Origin: a virus
Lineage: Duplodnaviria > Caudoviricetes
Virus record (IMG/VR): IMGVR_UViG_3300037067_027684
Span: 128,001-192,000 of that record
Reading direction: 5' to 3' (one strand)
DNA length: 64,000 bases
The notes under the pieces are model-generated. The model searched no databases and was not told the origin of the DNA. It saw nothing but the letters and a program-made list of their open reading frames with translations. The first letter of the stretch is position 1, and each line of letters starts with the position of its first letter. Shown here one piece after another: positions 19,346 to 29,723 of the stretch. The position numbers and the translations under genes are program-made.

Positions 19346-19474
19346 TCTTAGTGGTGATTTGCAGAGGTTCAAGGGTTGCTTGAATGAGATGGCGATTCCT
19401 ATTTTGGTTGGTGTTGGATTGGTTTTTATTCTTTGGATATTTGGGTTTTTTGATTGGTTGGCGGGGGTGTGGTG

Positions 19475-19879
19475 ATGCACCTTATTAAACAAGAAACTAA
19501 TTATGATTGTTGTGCTGCTGTATTGGCTATGTTGCTTGATTGCTCTTTGGCTGATGCTAAGTTGGAGTTTATGGGTATTAATCTTGATATACCACCACAG
19601 AATAAGGTGTTTGTCAATGATATGTTGATGATTTTGGCTCGTAAGGGCTATTGGGTTTCTCCGTTTTGGAAGACTTGTTGTACGGTGGAAGTAGTTCTGC
19701 CTCAGATTAAGGGTCCTGGTTTTGCTATGATCCAGTGGAATGCTAGTGTTAATGACACTCATCTTGTGGCGATTTCTGAGAACAATTTAGTTTTAGATCC
19801 AATGAAGGATGAGCCAAGGCAGCTGAATGTATATGATTTTGTTTTCATTGCTGCTGTTCGAAAAGGGAATGAATTATGA
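19475..19879 (+). CDS. C39-like cysteine peptidase domain protein
   Basis: QETNYDCCAAVLAMLL (Q-x5-C) with downstream HLVAI and VLDP. Confidence 0.7.
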   Translation: MHLIKQETNYDCCAAVLAMLLDCSLADAKLEFMGINLDIPPQNKVFVNDMLMILARKGYWVSPFWKTCCTVEVVLPQIKGPGFAMIQWNASVNDTHLVAISENNLVLDPMKDEPRQLNVYDFVFIAAVRKGNEL

Positions 19880-20423
19880 GTGATGAATGTGAAATAAGTG
19901 AGAGTGGTTGCGCAACCTTAATGACGTTGTTGGGCGCTATTATTACTTCTATTTGTGTTGGTTATATTTATGGTGCCATTTTTGGATGGCTATTATTTGG
20001 TGGTGTACTGATATTTTATGGTGGCGTATGCTTGCTGTACTATATGGTTAGTGGTTTGATTTCCGCCGTTAAGGAGGATCAGAATGACCCCAAAGATAAA
20101 GAAAATTAGCTCGGTAGTTGCTCCTCAAGAGAAGTTGGCAGAGCTTAATGCCTATATTGATGACATAGCTAAGGTTTTGCGTCCTGGGGAATGTGTTGGG
20201 TTAAGTCGCGAGATTATGATAGAAATTGCTACTGCTTATGTTGGGTGTCGAATTCTCCATTTAGGTGCTAAGTTTGGTGATCCTTCTGATAATTTCGAAT
20301 ACGCGATTTATTTGCCTAAATCTAAATTGGGTACTGTTTGTTCTATTTGTGGTGAGCCTCAGTTTGAGACTCCTTCTGGTGCTTCTTGTAAGAATGGTCA
20401 TGGTGGGGCGGAGGGGAGACCAA

Positions 20424-20852
20424 ATGAGGTTTCGTGAATTAAAAGTTGGGGAGTTCTTTGGTTTTAATGATAACTTCTTTATGAAGATCGATGAGATTCA
20501 TATTGGGTGTGGCATGAAGCAAGCAATTAGGGTTAAAGATGCTGGTTTCGTTGAATTCTGGGGTGATGAACCGGTGGAATTTGCTGAAGTTAATTTCTAC
20601 CATAGAGCTGCAATTTGCGGAGACAAAGGTGTGAATGATAAAACAATCCTAATCAACGGAAAACCACACACGCTGACGGATAAGTCTCTATCTTATGCAG
20701 AGATTGTCGAGCTTGCATTCCCTAGGCCGTTGTATACAGTGATTTTTACTGGTGGTCCTAAGTCTCAACCGATTGGTACTGTGATACCAAAGCAGGCCAT
20801 TGCGGTGAGGGACGGGATGAAAATAGAGGTCGCTTTTACTGGTAATGCATAA
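20424..20852 (+). CDS. protein with C-terminal ubiquitin-like (multi-ubiquitin type) domain; possible internal GTG start at 20631
   Basis: TILINGKPH...LSYAEIVELAF...YTVIFTGGP...GTVIPKQAIAVRDGMKIEV matches the bacterial multi-ubiquitin beta-grasp pattern. Confidence 0.7.
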   Translation: MRFRELKVGEFFGFNDNFFMKIDEIHIGCGMKQAIRVKDAGFVEFWGDEPVEFAEVNFYHRAAICGDKGVNDKTILINGKPHTLTDKSLSYAEIVELAFPRPLYTVIFTGGPKSQPIGTVIPKQAIAVRDGMKIEVAFTGNA

Positions 20853-20864
20853 AAGGAGATTGAA

Positions 20865-21410
20865 ATGAGGATTGTGTTGCTTTCGTTGGTGTTGTTTGCT
20901 TCTTCTCTGTTTGCGGTTGAGAAGTTAGATACTGATGGTCTTAGTGCGGAACAGAAAGCCAAGATTCAGCTTCAAATTGAGCAGATGAAGCGGGATGAGG
21001 ATAAGACAAAGACTATTGACGTTGCAAAGGAATATGTCCAATTAGGTGAGATGATTGGTAAGGCTTTTGGTTCTTGTGCTAAGGAATTGAATGTTCAGGT
21101 TAATGATTTTATTACTACTCCCGCTGGTATGCTTACTATTTCAATTATTTGTTGGAAGACGATTGGCCGAGATATGGTTCATTTTGGATTTGGATTCTTG
21201 GTTCTTGTTGTTGGGAGTTGGTTTTGGTACATTTGCGCTTATCGGCCTCTGAAGGTTGCTTCTATTGAATATGGTCAGGGTTTTTGGATTTTTAGGTCCC
21301 GTAAGGTTACTTTGAAGAAGGATTCTGAAATTAGTGATGGTTGGGCTGCGGCCACAGTAATTTTCATACTCATAATTGTGGGCATGAGCCAAATAATCAT
21401 GTGGAGCTAG
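20865..21410 (+). CDS. membrane protein with signal peptide
   Basis: N-terminal signal peptide; ELNVQVNDFITTPAG motif; 2-3 hydrophobic helices. Confidence 0.7.
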   Translation: MRIVLLSLVLFASSLFAVEKLDTDGLSAEQKAKIQLQIEQMKRDEDKTKTIDVAKEYVQLGEMIGKAFGSCAKELNVQVNDFITTPAGMLTISIICWKTIGRDMVHFGFGFLVLVVGSWFWYICAYRPLKVASIEYGQGFWIFRSRKVTLKKDSEISDGWAAATVIFILIIVGMSQIIMWS

Positions 21411-21665
21411 ACATGACTAAGATCAGGAAGGAATATATTCGACTTCAATATGAAATTGCTGATGAAGATTCTAGGTATGAAAGGAAGATACAGAGAATTA
21501 ATAAAAAGATTTCTGAACTTAGATCGAAATGTCCACATAAGCGAACCACATTTCATGGTGATCCTGCTGGTGGTTTTGATAGTTTCTCTGAGTGTTGTGA
21601 CTGTGGGAAGCATATCTAAAATATATTCCCTGATCCAAATATAATAGGGATTAGGGATAAAAACA

Positions 21666-23123
21666 ATGAGAATAGTAACATCATTTTGTTTCAACTTGTC
21701 GGGACTTGTGGCGTATGTTGATAATACATCAGAACCATTTCGTGTCTCTTACGACAGTAGTTCATCTGAGAGATTATCTGGCTCTATATTCTCGAATCTG
21801 ATTGGTTCGAATTATCCAGATATTGTTGATTTTCAGAATAGTTTGTTGCCTGCAGTTTGGAGTTTCGCACCAATAAATGTAGGCAAAGAAATTAGGGATG
21901 TTACTATTCATCTTTATGGTACGGTTGCCTATGATGACAATACTGTTGAGATGTTTGATATTGAGAGGAATCGTAGTGAAACTGTTAATCATAACAGTAA
22001 TTATGGCTTATCTGACATTACTGAACAATCGGATACGAATTCATTATTGACTAACATTATTTCCCCAATTAATGATGGAGCAGTGGTTATAGACAATGGT
22101 ATTGGTAGGGATTGGGTTAAGGTCCTAGAAGTTCCGCGTACTCCAGGTGATAATATTCAGGGGTATCTTTATCTTGAAGGTGGTATATATTTCTTCATGA
22201 TCGAGAGGTATGATGTTGACTGGAATACAATTGGATCTTCTGTTTATAGGTCAACAGATGGTGTGAATTGGACGAATGTCCTAACGACAACTGGGTTACA
22301 TGATTTGGTGAAATATTTGGGCAATGGAACTTACTTGGTAAGTGATGCGCAGAATTATGTTGTTTACAGATCATTTGATTATGGAGTGACATGGGCTACT
22401 ATACCTGGTGTTGTTGATGTTCGTTACTTTGCTACTGATTTAAATGGGGTTGGAATTATTAGTGGTGATAATATTTATAGGACTGCTAATTATGGTTTAA
22501 CTTGGACTGAGGTAGTTCATGGTACTGGGTATTACTTCACTGATGTTATATATTCCCCATTAAGACCAAATGAATATTTGACCACAGGCACTGCGGGCAT
22601 GGGGTTGTCAACTGATAAAGGACTCACTTGGTCTAGTCTAAATTCGATTAGCGGACTAGTTCCCCTCTACCAAGGCAGTACTTTGTTTATGATTTCTGGT
22701 GATGGGACTCCTCAGACTTTGATCAAATCGACTGATTTTGGTCGGAATTGGACAACCATTTTCTCAATTCCAGCAGTGGCGATGGGTTCTATTTGGCTGA
22801 CAAGTATCTCGGATGATGTCACTGGTTTTGTTCATTTAAATGCTCTTGATCCAGGTTGGACTAACACAGAAGCTACTTTCTATTTGATAACTAATCAAGG
22901 CGATAAATTGACGGTCATGAATACGTATTCAAATCTCGCGCAGTTGGCGGCGAACGGTTTTATAGTTTACTTTGAACTCGCAGGTCAGCAAAGCATACTT
23001 AGGTCTAGTGATTTTGGCAAAACGTATTCTTCGCATTTAGATGCGTACAATTTGCGTTTGATAGCTGGTAGGGTGTTGTACTCTGATACTACGACATCTG
23101 ATGTGCTTTATTATGCAACTTGA
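21666..23123 (+). CDS. BNR/Asp-box repeat beta-propeller protein, probably virion-associated
   Basis: Six Asp-box-like repeats: STDGVNW, SFDYGVTW, TANYGLTW, STDKGLTW, STDFGRNW, SSDFGKTY. Confidence 0.8.
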   Translation: MRIVTSFCFNLSGLVAYVDNTSEPFRVSYDSSSSERLSGSIFSNLIGSNYPDIVDFQNSLLPAVWSFAPINVGKEIRDVTIHLYGTVAYDDNTVEMFDIERNRSETVNHNSNYGLSDITEQSDTNSLLTNIISPINDGAVVIDNGIGRDWVKVLEVPRTPGDNIQGYLYLEGGIYFFMIERYDVDWNTIGSSVYRSTDGVNWTNVLTTTGLHDLVKYLGNGTYLVSDAQNYVVYRSFDYGVTWATIPGVVDVRYFATDLNGVGIISGDNIYRTANYGLTWTEVVHGTGYYFTDVIYSPLRPNEYLTTGTAGMGLSTDKGLTWSSLNSISGLVPLYQGSTLFMISGDGTPQTLIKSTDFGRNWTTIFSIPAVAMGSIWLTSISDDVTGFVHLNALDPGWTNTEATFYLITNQGDKLTVMNTYSNLAQLAANGFIVYFELAGQQSILRSSDFGKTYSSHLDAYNLRLIAGRVLYSDTTTSDVLYYAT

Positions 23124-23204
23124 TTAATATATTTAGTCTTTTATTTCGAGATACTTTGCTGGCTTAGTATCCCTACGGACGAGAAAAGAGCAGATTTCTC
23201 TGCT

Positions 23205-23627
23205 CTACTTCTCTGCCTCTGTAATTGCTTCCTTTAAACGCTTAATGACAACTGGGAGCGTCGTGTCAATGTCACGTGGCTGCTTATTTAAACCGCCCTC
23301 TAGGCAGACTATTGAAACTTTCGCTAGGTCGATAAAACGCTTCTTGTCAGCTTTGGAGCACCTTGGTAAGTTAGAAGCGGTAGCTGCGTTGCAGTCGGCT
23401 AAATACAATGCCACAATCATCCAGTATTCTAGTTCCTTGCTACGAGGCTCTGGCTTAAAGCGCCATTCATAACGGCTGTCATCTTTGTTGAGTTGACTAA
23501 GAAATTGGTGTACCGGAGAAACAATTGAGTCGTCTTTGACAATGTTGTAATCTGTCCAATCATCGGTTGGATGGAAATCAGCAACCTTGTCAGCTAGTTC
23601 CTTGCGCCTTCGGTATTGTAGGGTCAT
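23205..23627 (-). CDS. hypothetical protein
   Basis: Last gene of the long minus-strand run. Confidence 0.6.
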   Translation of the reverse strand: MTLQYRRRKELADKVADFHPTDDWTDYNIVKDDSIVSPVHQFLSQLNKDDSRYEWRFKPEPRSKELEYWMIVALYLADCNAATASNLPRCSKADKKRFIDLAKVSIVCLEGGLNKQPRDIDTTLPVVIKRLKEAITEAEK

Positions 23628-23974
23628 TCAAATCCCTCCTCGTATTCTCGTTTCCTTTTATTCAAAATATCACAAATAGGACATTGGAGTTTATTGAAGA
23701 TTTCTGAATTTGGATTCTTTTTAACGATCATAGGATAACTGTAATATTCATTCTCAAAACGAATGCGATAATCCCTATCCCGCTTAGGCTGGAAAAACGC
23801 AGTATTAGCTCCCCCACTAACCTCTCCACAGTCTATGACTGACGGCGGAGAAACCAAGAAACCATCTGCATCCGTTGAACCTCCACCAACCAGAGTCCTA
23901 TAGACTGTTTGTGGAGGTTTGGGTGGTTCAGGAGGAACTCCTAGATCTAGTTCCCTATCGCCTAACTCAGGCAT
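23624..23974 (-). CDS. hypothetical protein with N-terminal ELGDRELDL tag
   Basis: Starts MPELGDRELDLGVPPEPPKPP. Confidence 0.75.
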   Translation of the reverse strand: MPELGDRELDLGVPPEPPKPPQTVYRTLVGGGSTDADGFLVSPPSVIDCGEVSGGANTAFFQPKRDRDYRIRFENEYYSYPMIVKKNPNSEIFNKLQCPICDILNKRKREYEEGFE

Positions 23975-23992
23975 CTTGCGTCTCCAGCTTCT

Positions 23993-24229
23993 TCAAAGGA
24001 TATTCTCCTCAATCCATTTGGCTTCAGCCATTAAAGCTTCAGATCGAGTTTCGAACGGACCCATGACGGGTCCAGAGCTTGGGCCAAGATCAGCGGTCCA
24101 GCGGCCATCTGAGGTTGGTTCAACGTGTGAAGCACGCTTGATTTCGGACTTCCCAACATTCATCAAACCACGGAGTTTGTCAGAGTAAATGAATTGAACC
24201 GTCCCATTGGGAGAAATTTTGATCTTCAT
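23993..24229 (-). CDS. small conserved protein of the DUF1257/DUF2997 gene cluster
   Basis: IKRASHVEP...WTADL...GPFETRSEAL.AE..W pattern, recalled from such clusters. Confidence 0.6.
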   Translation of the reverse strand: MKIKISPNGTVQFIYSDKLRGLMNVGKSEIKRASHVEPTSDGRWTADLGPSSGPVMGPFETRSEALMAEAKWIEENIL

Positions 24230-24725
24230 TTTAACTCCCTAGTTTGTAACACTCTCAATCATCCAGCGTTTCCCACAACGTAGCAACCACCGAGTGCCCT
24301 TGAAGACGTTGATGCCTCTTGCGTGCATCCAGTTGTCGGTCCAAATCCGGAAGCGCTTTCCGTTGCAATCCACGCCTGTGACAACATATTTGTCGCCTTG
24401 CATACATACCCAGTTTTTCTTACCTTCCTTGAAGAAGAAGGGATAAATATCCCTAAAAGAGGAGACTGGAGCAATAATCATGATTGACCTCCTTGGGACT
24501 CCCGTCTGACTTCCTCCTGAAGTCTTTTGTTCTCAGCAATCAGATGCGGTATGGAACCTACTTGGAGGTGTTCTTTAAGAGCCTTTTCGATGGTTTCGTG
24601 GAGCTTGCCAGCTAGCTCGTCACCACAAGGTCCAGATGATTTCCTGGTTGCATTTTTGGTGGCTTCATCAATGACGGCCAGAGAAGCACTTACAGCTTTG
24701 TGGATTACATCATCTAAATTCCCGT

Positions 24726-24926
24726 TCATGATTGACCTCCTTGGTCTAGATATTGTTGGTTCTCGACTGCCTGCTGTTGCTCGTAGTATTCACCCTTCAG
24801 CTTCTCCTTGGTGGTTGAGCCAAGTGCATTTTCAAGCTTTCGAGTGAGGTCCTTACAGCCTGTGCCTTTGACACCATCGACATCGATGGTTGTCACACCC
24901 TTTGGGGAAATTGAAATCTTAATCAT
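24726..24926 (-). CDS. DUF2997 family protein
   Basis: ISISPKGVTTIDVDGVKGTGCKDLTRKLENALG...EYY. Confidence 0.8.
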   Translation of the reverse strand: MIKISISPKGVTTIDVDGVKGTGCKDLTRKLENALGSTTKEKLKGEYYEQQQAVENQQYLDQGGQS

Positions 24927-25287
24927 TCGTCATCTCCAATGATCCAACAAGGTTTGGACATTATCTTGGTTGCTGCTCTTGGGCAGGTGATTTTGATCTT
25001 CCTCTCAACGAAGAGGCCAACACAGTCATCTCCAACTGAGCGGAGGTACCAACCTTTCCTATCCTTCTCTGGAAGGTTGTTGAAGGCGTCACGAAGCTCA
25101 TAGAACCAATCAAAAGCCTTAGTGTAAACAAACTTCTTAGGCAGGTTGTTGGCTTGTTTTAGCGCCTTAAACTTCTTCGGACCCAGGATCTTCTTCAAGA
25201 GGCAAACAATTCGCTTATGAGTACATGAGGTGTAAAAATCCCATGTTTCACCAAATTCGATCTTAGTAATCCAGTTCATAAAACCTC

Positions 25288-25641
25288 CTAGGTCAAGTAG
25301 AGTTCCACAGTTCCATCAACCAGTTGTCGCTGTTCGACGGTGTAGCCAGCGTTGTGGGCCTCTTGGATGGAGACTTCCTTGGCATAGTCTTGGGTTAGCT
25401 TGTCGAATTGTTTTTGGTCTCCCCATGAGCCGTTGAAGTTATCCATGGAGGCGTCTCCATTATTAATGACAATGGGGTAGCGCCAACCAGGGATTTCGAT
25501 ACTGATATCACCAGATGCTGAGCTTGAGTAGAATTTCTGGGTAACAGCTCCCTTTGTCATTTTGTAATTCAACCTATCACAAACCTTTTTGAGGATTGTA
25601 TGGTTCTTAAATTGTGTCTTGACTGTCACTGTGTGGGACAT
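25288..25641 (-). CDS. DUF1257 family protein
   Basis: MSHTVTVKTQ...PGWRYPIV...DNFNGSWGD...LTQDYA...GYTV...DGTVEL. Confidence 0.8.
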   Translation of the reverse strand: MSHTVTVKTQFKNHTILKKVCDRLNYKMTKGAVTQKFYSSSASGDISIEIPGWRYPIVINNGDASMDNFNGSWGDQKQFDKLTQDYAKEVSIQEAHNAGYTVEQRQLVDGTVELYLT

Positions 25642-28600
25642 TTATCTTCTCCTAGAGTGAGGGTGATATTCAACCCAAAGAAACGAGCCACAGATTCCAA
25701 CAAGAGCAACTTATTCAGTTCAAAGCAATCAACTATCTTATCACTTGGTTGCTCTCCGGTAACATTGACATAATACCTACCATTGGTTATGTTGTGACAG
25801 ATATGAAAGTACATTGTCTTCGACCAATCGCGCCCATAGCAAGACTTCAGGTTAATTTCAATGGTTCCGAATCTACGGATATTGGAGCAGGAAAGTAAAC
25901 CCCGATTTGGAGATTTAGTTTTACTCTTGGATTTGATTTTGTTTTTGCTAAGAATTTCCTTAACAAAATCAAGAGCTTCTTTCAATTGATCCATTTGGAT
26001 CTCCTTAATTCATGTCCAGTAGTTTCTTGAGAATCAAAATAGCTGCCGCCTCTTCTAGCTTGTTGTGGCTCAAGTATCTCTCTACTTTTACCTTCCTGAG
26101 GACTTTCCGCAATTCAATTTTTTCTGCGTGATTTAGTTCATCTACTTGGTCGGTTGCTTGATCAACGTAGTTACTCATCATATCTGCTGCGTTAAGCGCT
26201 CGTTTGAGCCAAGCTGACATTTTCCAACGTGGCTTTTTCATTACATTGCCCTCCCGATGGTTTCGACTTCCTTTTGAGTTCCTTCGAAGATCTTATGTTT
26301 CTTGTGGATTGGTCGGTCTTCCATGAAGATTCCAGATACTTTGATGACTTCTGTGTTTGTACTAAAGAGGCTTTGCTTGTCCTCTTGGTTTTGCTGCTTG
26401 GCGATTTCTTCGATGATGAGGAGTGGTCCTCCCATTTTCCCGACAAATTCCCTAATCGCAAGCTTCCATTCTGCGGTTCCAGGGGTTCGGGCGTGGTTAC
26501 TTACCCTAGCCATTCGGCCTATTGTTTTTCGCATGATTCTCCCTCATTCTTAAAAGAGTGTGAAACCTCACAACCAGCTCGGTCACAATCAGATTGGTCG
26601 TCCTGCAAATCCCAAGCGTTGATGATGTTATAACTCGAAACAACGATAATCTCCTTCTGATAAGGTTGCTTCTTTCCGTATTTCTTATCATTCCAGCAAT
26701 CAAAAGCTTTTCGAACTTGTAATTTGAGATTCTTATTGTTCTTATGGATATTTGGGACTGTTGGGGATCCAATTAGAACTTCGTCAGAAGTCTCTTCGTT
26801 TTCCAAGTCTTTCTTGAATAATTCATATTGTTCTTCGGTGAGGTAGAGTATATCTACCCAATGCCTTTCAGATGCTCCGTTCCATTCTGCGGCTATAGAC
26901 CAACAGACCTTAATCATGCCTGTTCTCCTTTGTTCAGCATTTAGTTCCATGACAGCATTCGTAAAATGAAGACGAAAATTTAAATGGGCGAGAACCATTC
27001 TGATCGTCAATGGTGAAGTAAGAAGGGTGATTGTATTGGTCATGCTGAATTAAACGACCACCATCACGCAAAGCCCAATCGGCTTCTTGCTTCTGCCACC
27101 AATTAAGGGAACATGTTTTCACTTCATATGATCGAACGCTGTCACTCATCGTGTGATCCTTTTCAATTTGTCAATCAAATTCTTCAAACGAGCTTCACCG
27201 TCTGAATTATGGACTTGTCCTGCCTCCAGAACTGCCAGGACCTCTTTGATTCGCTTTGAATTCCAACTATAAGTCTCATCATAAGCTTCGGCTGGTGCCA
27301 TTGGGTAATCCCAAGAAGCTGCTCGTTTGATTGGTTGTTCCAATTTCCAGATGATGTTTTGTAGCTTCTTGACTCGTGGGTCATCACCACCAAGGAAGTC
27401 TACGCAGTCCGTGATGAGGTTGCATTCGATCATGTTTAACTTGACTTGGTAGCCATTTCGCATGGTTTTCTCCATCCTACTGGCTTGAGCACCAGTTCTC
27501 TTAGTTGACCTAGGCCAAAATCCATCTTGAATGTCACTATAACTTGATCGTCTTCAAAGCGACATCCTTCTAGGGTTATATCATGGTTTTTGTCTAGGTG
27601 AACGTAGCATCCCATTCCTTCAGGGCTTGAATCGATGATTTCCTCCCCAATGTGGTCGGCGAATACTTCGGCCATTTCAACGAAATAGGGGATTTCTTTA
27701 CTCATAAATATACGTTCCTCCATTTGCTTCGGCGTCTTTAATTCTGGATAGTGTGGCTGTGTAGCCAGAGAGTGCTTCTTCGCAAACTATGGGTTGACCG
27801 CCTCCGATTGGCTCTCCGACTGTTATTACTTGGTCGGGTTTTTCTTTGTGTTGGAAGATGTAGACATTCCGTCCGCGCCATTTGTTGATGAAGTGTCCGA
27901 GTAGGACGCCTTTTACTGCTTCTGCTTGTTCTTGTCTTTCTTTGCGGCATGCTTCGGCTTGTTTGTCGTGATCTTCTCTAGTGCACATAATTTATCCTTT
28001 CACTTTCATGGTGGTGACGAAGGCTGTGCCGGTTGTGTTGTCGTCGTTATCGTAAAGAGGGACAATCTTCTTGCCGAAGGCGAATATTTCACATAAGGCG
28101 TTGTTACCGTGGTAGAAGATTTCTTTGCATTTGGGGCAGACCATTTCACAACCGCTGTGGTCGTCTTCAGGTTCGGTGAAGATTCCCAGGACGTGGCCAC
28201 ATTTGTGTTTGATTTCAGCGACTTTAATCTTCTTGGTCTTCATTTCCTCAATTCCTTCAAAATGATCCTCTTGAGTCTGGGAAAGTAGCATGGTTCTAGA
28301 ATCTCATAGGGAGTCATACATTCAATGTCTTCTATGATTATTCCCTTTAGAAGTTCTAGTTCTTCGCCAGAAGCCTTTTCCTCTAGAAGTTTAGCGACTT
28401 TAGAATCCGCCTGGAGCTTTGCGAATAGTTTATTCCACTCAGGTCCTTCACAATAATAATAACTGTCCACCAATTTACGGACTGTTTTCTCTAAGAGTGA
28501 TACCTTAGAGAAAACAACAGCAACAAGGATACCATTGCGGCCATCATTTTCATAACAACTATGAATTCCGTACTTAGAGCCTCTCCAGTAATAGAAGTCA

Positions 28601-28746
28601 GTCTCATCTGTGTCTGTGGAGATGGAGTAAGAGTGATGTTTGTTGAATTTTGATATCGCAGCAAGAATATTCTTTCTCTTGCCAAGATCCTTTACATCAG
28701 ACCAATCCCCAGCACCAGTTTCGTTAATGAGATATGCGTGTTTCAT
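25626..28746 (-). other. run of about nine short hypothetical genes
   Basis: Tightly packed minus-strand ORFs (e.g. 25626-25994, 26005-26241, 26241-26534, 26519-27043, 27146-27475, 27436-27723, 27698-27988, 28240-28746). Confidence 0.55.
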
Positions 28747-28974
28747 TTTGCCTCCTAGGCAGTCTTAATAATTCTACCATTGCTGAGTTTGCGTACAATT
28801 ACAGCACGAGCCTCACGCAAGGTGGGATTACGACGTTCGACGTGCTCGGTCTGTTCCTCAGATCCCTTCAGTTCGGCGAAGAGAGTCTTGAGCACGGGGT
28901 TAACCTGCCACAGTGTCTTAAACATGTGTCTCTCCTTTAGAAGGTGAATTAAAAAGTGAACTAAACCTAAAAAC

Positions 28975-29667
28975 TTAATCGTTCCAGTTTTCAGCGCAGT
29001 TGCAAGAGAAACAACGGCATTCATAACCATCCAATGACTCATATCCTAGTATTGTTCTATAGAATTTATCAGATCCAGAACCACCAATAATTCTCCTTTC
29101 TTTATTTCCACCTCCGTTTGAGTGGTGGACTGTTAAAATCCTAATATCATTCTTACCACAAATAGAACAAGACCCACCAAGTAGAGACATAATCTTCTGT
29201 TTGATTTCCATTGCAGTTTTGCGCTTGCTTCTTGCCGAGAAATGGTTAGACAGGACAAGATCTCTTTTTCTTAAGAATTCAAGATGGTTACAATTCATAC
29301 AAAGAACTCTATAACCTTTGGGATATTGATTCTTTTTCAACCATCTGTAGAATTGACTCCCGCCTTGACCAATATCTCTTCTATGTTCAGAACCACCACC
29401 GTCAATGTGGTCAATAGTAAGAGAGCTAATTCTTTTGTCACCGCAGATACAACAAAATCGCCCTCCATAAGCATCAAAAGCTGCAAGCTTGGTTTTTCTA
29501 TTGTAATTTCTGTGGTGTTGGTGTAATCTATCCAGATATTCTGGGTCTTTTCTTCTGCGTTCTCTAACACGCCTAGCTGCTTCCTTATTAAGATAATCCC
29601 TATGTTCTTTCTGATACTTTCTCTGATAATCCTTTTCCTTATCCTTGTCGTGGAAGCTCATAGACAT
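28975..29667 (-). CDS. protein with two tandem HNH-like zinc-binding domains
   Basis: CCICG...LTIDHIDGGG...LCMNCN and CSICG...LTVHHSNGGG...CFSCN. Confidence 0.8.
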   Translation of the reverse strand: MSMSFHDKDKEKDYQRKYQKEHRDYLNKEAARRVRERRRKDPEYLDRLHQHHRNYNRKTKLAAFDAYGGRFCCICGDKRISSLTIDHIDGGGSEHRRDIGQGGSQFYRWLKKNQYPKGYRVLCMNCNHLEFLRKRDLVLSNHFSARSKRKTAMEIKQKIMSLLGGSCSICGKNDIRILTVHHSNGGGNKERRIIGGSGSDKFYRTILGYESLDGYECRCFSCNCAENWND

Positions 29668-29723
29668 ATTTACATTTAATCGAACAGTCCAGCAGTATTG
29701 TAAGTTTTGGAGACTTCGTCCTC

